A stretch of DNA of 64,000 bases from an uncultured delta proteobacterium. GTDB taxonomy: Bacteria > Desulfobacterota > Binatia > UBA9968. Location: assembly GCA_963847445.1 (NCBI GenBank), contig CAWJZV010000033.1, forward strand, positions 32,001 to 96,000. Reading direction: 5' to 3'. The translations under genes were made by a program, and so were the position numbers. The notes under the pieces are model-generated. The model had not been told where the DNA came from, did no database searches, and saw nothing but the letters and a program-made list of their open reading frames with translations. Shown piece after piece: positions 54,188-62,916 of this stretch (position 1 is the first letter of the stretch; each line of letters begins with the position of its first letter).

Positions 54188-54838
54188 GGGTAACCTCCTA
54201 GGAAGAAGTATGTTGCATAGGAAATCTAAACACCCTTTTCTTTGACGGGATTTATAACCGCCACCCTGCTGTCGACAAGAACAATTCGCCATGTGTGTGT
54301 AACCTCTTGTCACCAAGCTGAAAGTATCCTTCTTGTTTCTTGAACACAGCAACCACCGTGCCATGAGCCTCACGTCAAATAGTTCGCCCGAATTCCTGCG
54401 AATATGAAAAGAAAATCGACCAAAAACGACGAGTGTGTATTGAATGACGCGCAGGGCAGGGCTCTGGCTGTATACGAATAGATACGCTGCCGCAACTTTC
54501 GTTACTAGCGAACTGTTAACGAGCGTGTCGTCCCCACGCTGCATCAATCTCTGAGTTCTTTACTAAAAGGTGCATTGAAAACATGAGAGAACGCTTGCGT
54601 GGTTGTTAAAGCGTTTGGAATAGATCGATTCGCTGCGACGGCGCGCCCTGCGCTGAGCGTGATCGTGAGTGGGGTTGGGGTCAGGGTTTAGGTCACCCAT
54701 TAGCCGGCAAGTCAAGATGATTATCAGGCATGAGTTGTGCGTTATTCTGCACGAGTGGACGAAAGCATTTTATACTTTTGCCGGCAAGTTTGAGGAGCCG
54801 GCCCTGCTGAAGCAGTACGACTGACGGCACGGCTTCGC

Positions 54839-55466
54839 TCACTGCTGCCTGCGCAACAGATTTTTCTCGGCGAGCGACTTTACCACCGCTTCGACGGTGC
54901 TTTTGATCGCGGTTCGCCCGCCGTCCGTCTCGCTGGTTTTGGTCGTGCCGCTCCAGACCACCTCGTTCTTGGCGATATCGTGCAGCGCCGTTTCCGCAGT
55001 GTACTCATTGACACGGTAAGCGCTCGGCGCCCCGCCGAGGCCGGACCAGCTGGCGCCGACATTGGAACCGAAGACACCGAATGAAATCGGCGGGGCAAAC
55101 GAGCCACTGTATTGCGTCATCTCCTCGACCCTGACCAAGCGCGTCAATATCAGCGCATCCACGCCGGCCTTGCGCGCGGCATCTCTGAGCCTATTCTCAT
55201 CGGCATCGCTGCCTTCGGGGATGTAGCGGTAGCTCGCCACGCCATCAGCGCCGGCAGCACGCAGCTGGAAATATGAATTCATCTTCGAAGTTGCGCCGCG
55301 TGCTGACATCTCCACCCAAACCGCCGATCATGATCCTTGAGAACGAAGCCGAAGCATAGGCCGGATTGCGCCATTCACTCATGACGATCGGCGTCGTCGT
55401 TGAACAGCCGGCAACCAGAAGCCCGATAAGCAAACTCGCGGCGCAATAGAGTGACGAGGTTTTCAT
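54839..55466 (-). CDS. Lipoprotein of unknown function (DUF4136-like; frameshift near 55270)
   Basis: Lipobox VAGC; RRNFEDE, GVDALILTRL, ET.L.D...VVWSGTT; AGGAGG RBS. Confidence 0.72.
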
Positions 55467-55587
55467 TCTGTAACCCTCCTTAATCGGAAACGCTCGAAGA
55501 TCGAACCGCCTTGCCGGGGAAAATACCGGCTACAAGCCATCTTAGCAGTCCATGAGAATTTTTCGATAGCGCCGCCGCGTCTTCGAC

Positions 55588-55617
55588 TTGACGCCCTGAT
55601 CTCAGTCGCCATATAAA
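55588..55617 (+). promoter_or_regulatory. Possible sigma70 promoter of the amidohydrolase cluster
   Basis: TTGACG-18 bp-TATAAA, about 75 bp upstream of ATG 55692. Confidence 0.45.
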
Positions 55618-55691
55618 CAGAGTTAGCGATTAAAGGGCAGCGGGTCGTTTCCCAGATCGCTATCTCCAGTCGCTTCTAAAAAGGAGGATTT

Positions 55692-56714
55692 ATGTCCAAT
55701 AACTACGTCGATGCCGACGGCCATGTCATGGAGAATGCCGAAGACATCCTGACTTTCGTCAAGGCGCCTTACAACAACCGCGGCACCAGAAATTGGATAC
55801 CGAGCCTGGACAACTTTCACACGCCGGCCGACGGCACGCCGCGCACGCCGGGCACTTTCGATCCCAACACCGGACCGGAGCAATGGCTGCAATTCTTAGA
55901 GAAGACCGGCACCGAATACACGGTGCTCTACCCCACCGCGGGCTTGGCCTACGGCAACGTCGCTTATCCGACCTGGGCGCTGGCCTATGCCCAGGCGTAC
56001 AACGATTACATTCACGCGCGCTATCTGAAGCGCAGCGACAAATTTCAAGCCGTTTCGCTGATCCCGATGCAAAATGTTCCCGACGCCGTCAGCGAGCTGC
56101 GCCGCTCGGTCAAAGAGTTGGGCTTCATGGGCGCGATGATTCCATCCAACGGTCTCACCCGCCATGTCAGCCACGAGGAGTACTGGCCGATCTACCAAGA
56201 GGCGGAGAAACTCAACTGTGTCATGGCCGTGCATGGCGGCAGCTACATCAATTTGGGCTTCAACAGCTACACGGTTTTTCCCGCGACCCGCGCGCTGGGC
56301 ATGCCCTTTCCCCTCGCCATCGCCATGACCGGCATGATGGTCGACGGCGTGTTCGACCGCTTTCCCAAGTTGCGCGTTGGCTTCATGGAAGGCGGGACGG
56401 CGTGGATACCGCTGGTCATCGACCGGCTCGAGCGCGAGCTCGAATACGGCGGCTTGAAACTCAAGCGCCATCCCATCGATTATTTCAAAGACGACCGCAT
56501 CTTCGTCGGCTGCGAAGGCAATGAGAAGGCGCTCGCCTATGCCATCGATCGGGTCGGTTCGAAACCATTCATGTTCGCCTCGGACTTCCCCCATGAAATC
56601 TCCATGAGTAACTGCATGGAGGAAATTGACGAAGTGCTGGAGCGCGACGATCTCAAGAAAGAACACAAGACCGCGATCCTCGGCGACAACGCCCGGCGCT
56701 TTTACGGCCGGTGA
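55692..56714 (+). CDS. Amidohydrolase_2 family protein
   Basis: VDADGHVME, AYNDY, AVHGG, FDRFPKLRVGFMEGG, ASDFPHE. Confidence 0.92.
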   Translation: MSNNYVDADGHVMENAEDILTFVKAPYNNRGTRNWIPSLDNFHTPADGTPRTPGTFDPNTGPEQWLQFLEKTGTEYTVLYPTAGLAYGNVAYPTWALAYAQAYNDYIHARYLKRSDKFQAVSLIPMQNVPDAVSELRRSVKELGFMGAMIPSNGLTRHVSHEEYWPIYQEAEKLNCVMAVHGGSYINLGFNSYTVFPATRALGMPFPLAIAMTGMMVDGVFDRFPKLRVGFMEGGTAWIPLVIDRLERELEYGGLKLKRHPIDYFKDDRIFVGCEGNEKALAYAIDRVGSKPFMFASDFPHEISMSNCMEEIDEVLERDDLKKEHKTAILGDNARRFYGR

Positions 56715-56730
56715 GAAAACGGAGTTTGCT

Positions 56731-57528
56731 ATGTTTGCACAGATTAAACACGCCGCGATTTACACCCAGAATCCCCAGAACGCGATCGCTTTTTACGAGA
56801 AAATCCTCGGCATGAAACGAATCACCAGCGCGGTGACCGAAAACAATCGCGGTCACATCAGCGATGGTTTGATCGGCCTCGCTGTGTTAGCCAGGCGTCC
56901 CGGGATTCCCGCGGGGCTGGATCATTTCGGCTTCGAAGTCGACGATGTCGACAGCGCCCGCCAGCGCATAAAAAAGCATTACCCCCAAGCGATCATTACC
57001 AAAGGATTGGAGAAAGTTCCCTTCGCGCTGTTTCGCAGCCATGATCCGGCCGGCGCCCAGTTCGATATTTCCGAGCGCACCGACCCCAAGGTCAGAGAAG
57101 GCTACAAAGAAGCCGGCTGGGACCAAGCGCGCCAGTTCAACCATGTCGTCATCCGCGCCCATGAGCCGGCGGCGGTGGCCAATTTCTACCAAGAAGTATT
57201 CGAGCTCTTCGAGGTCAAAGAACCGCCCTTGGGCGAAACGGTTTGTTTGAGCGACGGCAAGGTGCGCCTGCTGATCCAGCCGACCAATGACAATTCCTAC
57301 ATGAGCATGCGCCAAGGCCTCGATCACATCGGTTACCAGGTCGAGAGCATTGAACAGACAAAAAAGGATCTCGCAGCGCTAGCGGTTTCAGCGCCGGCGT
57401 CGGCGCCGAGAGACATCGCCGGCGGCATCTTCGGCCACCTCACCCAGCGCGACATGGACGGCTGCAAGATCGGCCAGTACGCGACCTCAGACCCCGACGG
57501 CGTCGTGCTCGACTTTTCCGAGGCTTGA
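56731..57528 (+). CDS. VOC/glyoxalase family protein, two-domain
   Basis: IKHAAI..FYEKILGM, GLDHFGFEV, DP.G; repeated in the second half (FNHVVI, GLDHIGYQV, DPDG). Confidence 0.87.
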   Translation: MFAQIKHAAIYTQNPQNAIAFYEKILGMKRITSAVTENNRGHISDGLIGLAVLARRPGIPAGLDHFGFEVDDVDSARQRIKKHYPQAIITKGLEKVPFALFRSHDPAGAQFDISERTDPKVREGYKEAGWDQARQFNHVVIRAHEPAAVANFYQEVFELFEVKEPPLGETVCLSDGKVRLLIQPTNDNSYMSMRQGLDHIGYQVESIEQTKKDLAALAVSAPASAPRDIAGGIFGHLTQRDMDGCKIGQYATSDPDGVVLDFSEA

Positions 57529-58596
57529 TGACAGCCGACCGGCGATGGTTCAACATTGCGAATAAAAAGCGATCACGGGCAGTCTCCGAATACCTCCCTT
57601 TGTAAAGGGAGATTTGGCGGGATTTTGAAACCTAGGCGAACGCCTCGAAGCGAAAAACTAGTCGCGCTCATTCTCTTCACCGCGTTCATTCACGCCGTCC
57701 CGGCGGCGGCGCAAAAGCTGACGCAGATTCACATCGGCGTGCCGACCAACACCGTCACCTGGTTTCCCCTCTACGTCGCTTGGAAGAAAGGCATCTTCCA
57801 GGAGCAGGGCATCGAGCTGTTGCCCGTGACCATGTCGGTGCGCGCCTCGCTAGGCGCGCTGGCGTCGCGCCATATCTCCTACATCACGCCGCTCGGCTCA
57901 TCGATGACGGCGATCGCCAATGGTCTGCCGGCCAAAGTGATCATGATCTTCGCGGTGCGCTCGCATCATGTGCTGGTGGCAAAACGCGATATCGCCACGC
58001 CCGGCGCGCTGCGCGGCCGCGGCGTCGCCATCAGCCAGCCGGGCGGCACCGTGCACCGGCAGTTTTTGAAAATTCTTGAGCACTACAGGGTCGACGCCAA
58101 AAGCATCAACATGATCAACCTGGGCGAGATGCCAAGCCGTGCTCTCGCGCTCAAAGCCGGCACCATCGACGCGGCGATGTTGAGCGTGCCCTACGATCTG
58201 TTCATGGAAAAGGACGGTTTTCGGCCGCTCGCGTACATGAAAGACGTTGCCGAGTTTCCCCTGCTCGGCCTGATCGCCCACGACGAACGCATGCGCGAAC
58301 GGCCCGACGAAGTCAAAAGAGTTCTGACCGCCGCGCTCAAAGGCATCGCTTACACCAAAAGCCATCGCGAAGAAGTCCTGCCGCTGCTCAAACAGTTCGT
58401 CGGCCTGCCGGACATCGACATGACGAGAAAAACCTTTGACGTGATCAAAGATCTCTGGCCGGACAACGGCATCCCTTCCGACAAGGGGCTGGCCACAGCT
58501 CTGACGATGGCCGACGTTCCGGCGAATATTCCGGCCGACAAGATCGTCGATTGGTCGCCGGTCAATGACGCCGCGCTGTCTTTGAAATTTCGATAG
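57528..58596 (+). CDS. SsuA/NMT1-like substrate-binding protein (start probably the coupled ATG 57528 with a frameshift)
   Basis: PLYVA..KGIFQEQGIE, LRGRGVAIS, AGTIDAAML; ORF 57556-58596. Confidence 0.85.
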
Positions 58597-58651
58597 AATG
58601 ATTGTCTACTGTTAGCGAATCTGATCGGATCATAGTCCAGAGGAAAAACCC

Positions 58652-59788
58652 ATGGCCGAAACATTATTGCTCGATGCCGATTCCCATGTCAGCGAACCGT
58701 TGAATTTATGGCAGGAACGTCTGCCGCAAAAGTATCGCGACATCGCGCCGCACATGGAGACCAAATATCAGGGCCAGCCCGGCGCCTGGTGGCATATCGA
58801 ACCGGATCGCCAGCCGCACAACGTGATCTTGGGTTTCGGCGCGAACAAGTCGATGGAAGAGCTGCAAAAACTGCTGGAAGGCTTCTCCTACGCCGGCGCC
58901 CATCGCGGCGGCTGGGACCCGGCGCAGCGCTTGAAAGACATGGACCAGGACGGCGTCACCGGCGATGTGCTCTACACGACTCTGGGCTTTCGCATGTTTT
59001 GGATCAAGGACGCCGGTTTTCAACGCGCTTGCTTTCAGGTCTACAACGACTGGTTAGCCGAGTTTTGCGCCCACTCGCCCAAGCGTTTGAAAGGGCTGGC
59101 GCTGATCTCGCTCTACGATCCGCAGCAAGCGGCGAAGGACCTGGCCGAATGCGCGAAGAAAGGGCTTGCCGGCGCGATCATCTGGGCCTCGCCGCCCGAG
59201 GAGCTGCCGTTTCACTCGGACAGCTACGACCCGTTTTGGGCCGCGGCGCAGGAACTCAAGATGCCGCTCAGCCTCCATGAGTTCGCCGGCTTCCAGTGGG
59301 TCGACTGGGACTCCAACTCGAAGAAGCGCACCATTGCCCAAGCGATCAATTCTCATGAAGTTGAGCAAACCTTTTCGACGTTGATCATATCCGGCGTGCT
59401 CGAGCGCTTTCCCGCGCTCAAGGTAGTTTCGGCGGAGTTGAATTGCGGCTGGCTGCCTTTTTTTCTGCACCGCATCGACGAGCGCTTCGATCACCGCGGC
59501 ATCCGCTTCCGCGGCACGCCCTTCGCCACCAAGCTGACGCTCAAGCCGAGCGACTATTTTCGCCGCCAGCTCTACGCGACCTTTATCGACGACACCTTCG
59601 GCCTCGCCCTGCGGGAAAACATCGGCGTAGAAAACATTCTCTGGTCCTCGGACTTTCCCCATAGCGCGACCTTCTGGCCCAAGTCGCGGGAGAAAATCGC
59701 CGCGGATTTCCGAAACATCGGCGCCCAGGACAGCGAAAAAATTCTTTGCCGGAATACCGCGGCGCTCTACGGTTTTGATCTCCCCTGA
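58652..59788 (+). CDS. Amidohydrolase_2 family protein
   Basis: DADSHVSEP, GGWDP..RLKDMDQDG, YNDWLAEFC, LERFP, WSSDFPH. Confidence 0.92.
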   Translation: MAETLLLDADSHVSEPLNLWQERLPQKYRDIAPHMETKYQGQPGAWWHIEPDRQPHNVILGFGANKSMEELQKLLEGFSYAGAHRGGWDPAQRLKDMDQDGVTGDVLYTTLGFRMFWIKDAGFQRACFQVYNDWLAEFCAHSPKRLKGLALISLYDPQQAAKDLAECAKKGLAGAIIWASPPEELPFHSDSYDPFWAAAQELKMPLSLHEFAGFQWVDWDSNSKKRTIAQAINSHEVEQTFSTLIISGVLERFPALKVVSAELNCGWLPFFLHRIDERFDHRGIRFRGTPFATKLTLKPSDYFRRQLYATFIDDTFGLALRENIGVENILWSSDFPHSATFWPKSREKIAADFRNIGAQDSEKILCRNTAALYGFDLP

Positions 59789-59865
59789 GTTGAATCTCGA
59801 CTGCCCGACGGGATAAAAAGGAATTTAACATTACCCGCTAACTTATCACCAAGAGGAGAAAAGAC

Positions 59866-61002
59866 ATGACTTACATGATGATTTCCGCCGACGATCATAT
59901 CGATTTAGGATATTTGCCGCGCGATTTATGGACCGAGCGTTTGCCCGCCGTCCTTGCGCGACCGCGCGCCCCATGTCGAAGACCGCGGCGATAAGGGCGA
60001 GTACTGGGTATGCGACGGTGAGACCTGGTCCGATTATCGCGGCGAGCGCTGGTTCGCCAGACAGAATCGCACCAGACTCGCCCTCGACCGCGGTGGCGTC
60101 GGCGAGGCGCACCGTCCGACGACAACCGCGAAGCGGCTCACCGACATGGACCGCGACGGCGTCGAGGCGTCGTTAATGTTTCCACCGATCATCGCCATGC
60201 AAGTCGGCGCGCCGAGTTGCGCAACGCCTGCGTGCGCGCCTACAACGACTGGGCGCACGACTTCGGCAAGACCGCGCCGAAGCGCTTTTTTCCCGTGGCC
60301 ATGCTGTCCAGCTGCGACGCCGAGGCCGCACGCGACGAAGTCATCCGGGTCGCCAAGTTGGGTTTCAAAGAAGCTAACTTCTTAGTCAACGACGTCACTC
60401 TGGAAATGAACCTAAAGCCCTGGGATATTTTCTGGGCCGCCGCCGAGGACGCCGGCATCGTCGTGTCGTATCACGTTGGCGGCAGCACGCAGTCTGGAAC
60501 GGTGCGCGCGACCATCGACTCGATCAAACCCGGCGAGCGCCAGGGCGTGTTCGACATGGGACTGAGCAACGGCGCCACGTCGTTCTTCAATCCCTTCGTC
60601 AACATGTTCAACTTCGGCACTCTGGAACGCCATCCCAAGTTAAAATTCTGCCTCGCCGAATCGGCCATCGGCTGGATTCCCTTCGTCGTCCAGGAAATGG
60701 ACTACCGCTACAAACGCCAGTTCGAGCGTCGCAAGGCCGCCGAGATCCCGCTCAAGAATATGCCGAGCGAAATCTTCAAGCGCCAAGTCTGGGCCACCTA
60801 TCAAACCGACTTGGTCGGACTTCACCTGGTCGACTTCTTCGGCGACGGCCATATCATGTGGGGCTCGGACTATCCGCATCCAGACAGCACCTGGCCGTTC
60901 TCCAAGGACGTTATCGAGAAGGATTCGGCGCACCTGAAAGACGACGTCAAGAAGAAGGTGCTACGCGACAACGCCGCGGCGTTGTACGGGCTGGCAAACT
61001 AA
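59866..61002 (+). CDS. Amidohydrolase_2 family protein (frameshifts)
   Basis: ISADDHID, RLTDMDRDGV, AYNDW, LERHPKL, WGSDYPH. Confidence 0.88.
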
Positions 61003-61091
61003 GATTCGGATAGATCACAGAGGATACAATTCGCAATCGAGCTGTTGGCCGCATAGAACGCATGGAAGAGAGAAAGAATTCCGAAATGTCA

Positions 61092-61117
61092 AGGGGCGGG
61101 TTTGAAACCCGCCCTCT
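61092..61117. repeat. REP-like hairpin
   Basis: aggggcgggtttgaaacccgccctct. Confidence 0.65.
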
Positions 61118-61149
61118 TGGCTTTGTGTCCTTTGGCCGGCGTGCGCTGC

Positions 61150-61387
61150 ATGTTCTCACCCATCACGACAAGGAGATCTTGTGTTGCAACGCTAAGTTTG
61201 CCCTAGGCGCGCTTTATTCGGCCTCCAGTCTTCCCCCGGCGATTGGCCGGAGAAGCCTTCCGAGGCGGACTGGGAAGCGACGATCCAAGCGGCCAAAAAA
61301 GAGGCGCAGATTTTCATCTACGCCGCCATCGGTCCTTATCACCCACGCATCTTCGCCGAGTTTCAAGTCGCCTATCCAGAGATCTAG
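61150..61387 (+). pseudogene. Truncated 5' fragment of an extracellular solute-binding protein gene
   Basis: Manual translation: signal-like segment, then EADWEATIQAAKKEAQIFIYAAIGPYHPRIFAEFQVAYPEI*; only 60 bp remain before the next gene. Confidence 0.7.
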
Positions 61388-61446
61388 CGCACCGGATTGA
61401 CAGTGAAGTGGAGCTTATATAGAGCTCAAAACCAGTGAGGTGATTT

Positions 61447-62570
61447 ATGGCGAAGAACGGATTCAAGGTTATCGACAGCGACATGCATGTCATGGAGCCG
61501 CCGGAGCTGTGGGAAAAGTACATCGACAAAAAGTTCCGAGATCGGGCGCCGCGCGGCGTGACCAGCCACAACGTGCGCGACCTGCGGCTGGTGCACCCCG
61601 ACGGCGTCGAATGGTCGCGCAAGACCACGCCGGCCAACGATACCGTCCAAGGGCAAGAATTTCGAAGAGAAGCAGCATATCCTCGGCAACGACGCCGCCC
61701 GCGGCTGGACCTCGGAAGTGCAGCTCGAAGCTATGGATATCGAAGGCATCGACATCGCCGTGCTCTATCCGACCCGCGGCCTGCGCGCCCTAGTCGACGA
61801 CCGCATGGACGCCGAGTTCGCCGCCGCCATGGCGCGCGCCTACAACGACTGGATGTATGACTTTTGCGCAACGCGATCCCAAACGCTTGATCGGCGCCGG
61901 CATGATCTCGCCGTTCAACATGGACGACGCCGTCAGCGAAGCGCGCCGCTGCGCCGAACAGCTGGGCTTTCGCGCGGCATTCTTGCGCGCCAATCCGCTC
62001 GTCGATCATCAATGGCAAAGCGTCTATTACGACCCGCTGTGGAGCGCCCTGGAAGATTTGAATATGTCCCTGGGCTTTCACGAGTCCACCGGCACCGGGA
62101 GAAATCAGGTCGGCGAGCGCTTGGAGCCCAACTTCATGCTGCGCCGGGTGTTCGCTCAGCCGATCGAACAGATGCTCGCGCTCGGCTGCTTCTGCGGCGG
62201 CGGCGTGTTCGCGCGCCATCCGAAACTGCGCGTGGCGTTTCTCGAGGCCAATTGCAGCTGGCTGCCCTGGCTCCTGTGGCGCTTGGACGAAGCCTGGGAA
62301 CTCGACGGCGATGTCTGGGCGCCCGACGTGAAGGAGAAGCCCAGCGTATATTTCAAGCGCCACTGCGTCGTCTCCATCGAACCCGACGAAGTCATCGCCA
62401 ACAACGTCCTGCAACAAGTCGGCAACGGCAACTTGGTGTTCTCGACGGATTATCCCCATGTCGACTCGCGCTATCCCGAAGCGATCAATCATTTTCTCCG
62501 GCTGCCGTTTTCCGACGACGACAAACGGAAAATCCTCTGGGACAACTGCGCGCGCTATTATGCGATGTAA
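61447..62570 (+). CDS. Amidohydrolase_2 family protein (frameshifts)
   Basis: VIDSDMHVMEP, MDIEGID, AYNDW, FHE, HPKLRVAFLE, STDYPH. Confidence 0.88.
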
Positions 62571-62619
62571 GGTAAGGAATGCCGAGCGCGGCAAAGCCGC
62601 GACCGATGAAGCAGGGATC

Positions 62620-62692
62620 TCACCACAGAGACACAGAGTTCGAAATTCCTATCAAAACTCTTTTCTCTGAGTCCTCAGCGCCTCTGCGGTGA
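62620..62692. repeat. CACAGAG/CTCTG palindromic repeat
   Basis: tcaccacagagacacagag ... ctctgagtcctcagcgcctctgcggtga. Confidence 0.7.
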
Positions 62693-62725
62693 ACCTTCCG
62701 AAAATTTACAAAAGGATATTGCAAC

Positions 62726-62914
62726 ATGGCTGATTCTGACAAACTTACGCAGCGTTTAGCGCTTCTCGAAGGCGGCGAATTTTCCCCCGCCGATCTCGAA
62801 GCCATCGCCAATGAGATCGAGGACAACCAGAGAGTCGTTGCCGAGCTGGAAGAATTTGCCAACGACACGGCGTGGATTTCACACCAGGCCCAACCTACGG
62901 GCAGGAAAGCTTGA
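62726..62914 (+). CDS. Small acidic helical protein, possible GatC/AtzG-like amidase partner
   Basis: 62 aa, AAGGA RBS, stop 2 nt before the amidase ATG. Confidence 0.65.
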   Translation: MADSDKLTQRLALLEGGEFSPADLEAIANEIEDNQRVVAELEEFANDTAWISHQAQPTGRKA

Positions 62915-62916
62915 TC

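Noticed and set aside
54188-54547. 120-aa N-terminal extension of the beta-helix lipoprotein
   Set aside because: A strong AGGAGG RBS and a lipoprotein signal support ATG 54187; the extension looks non-coding.
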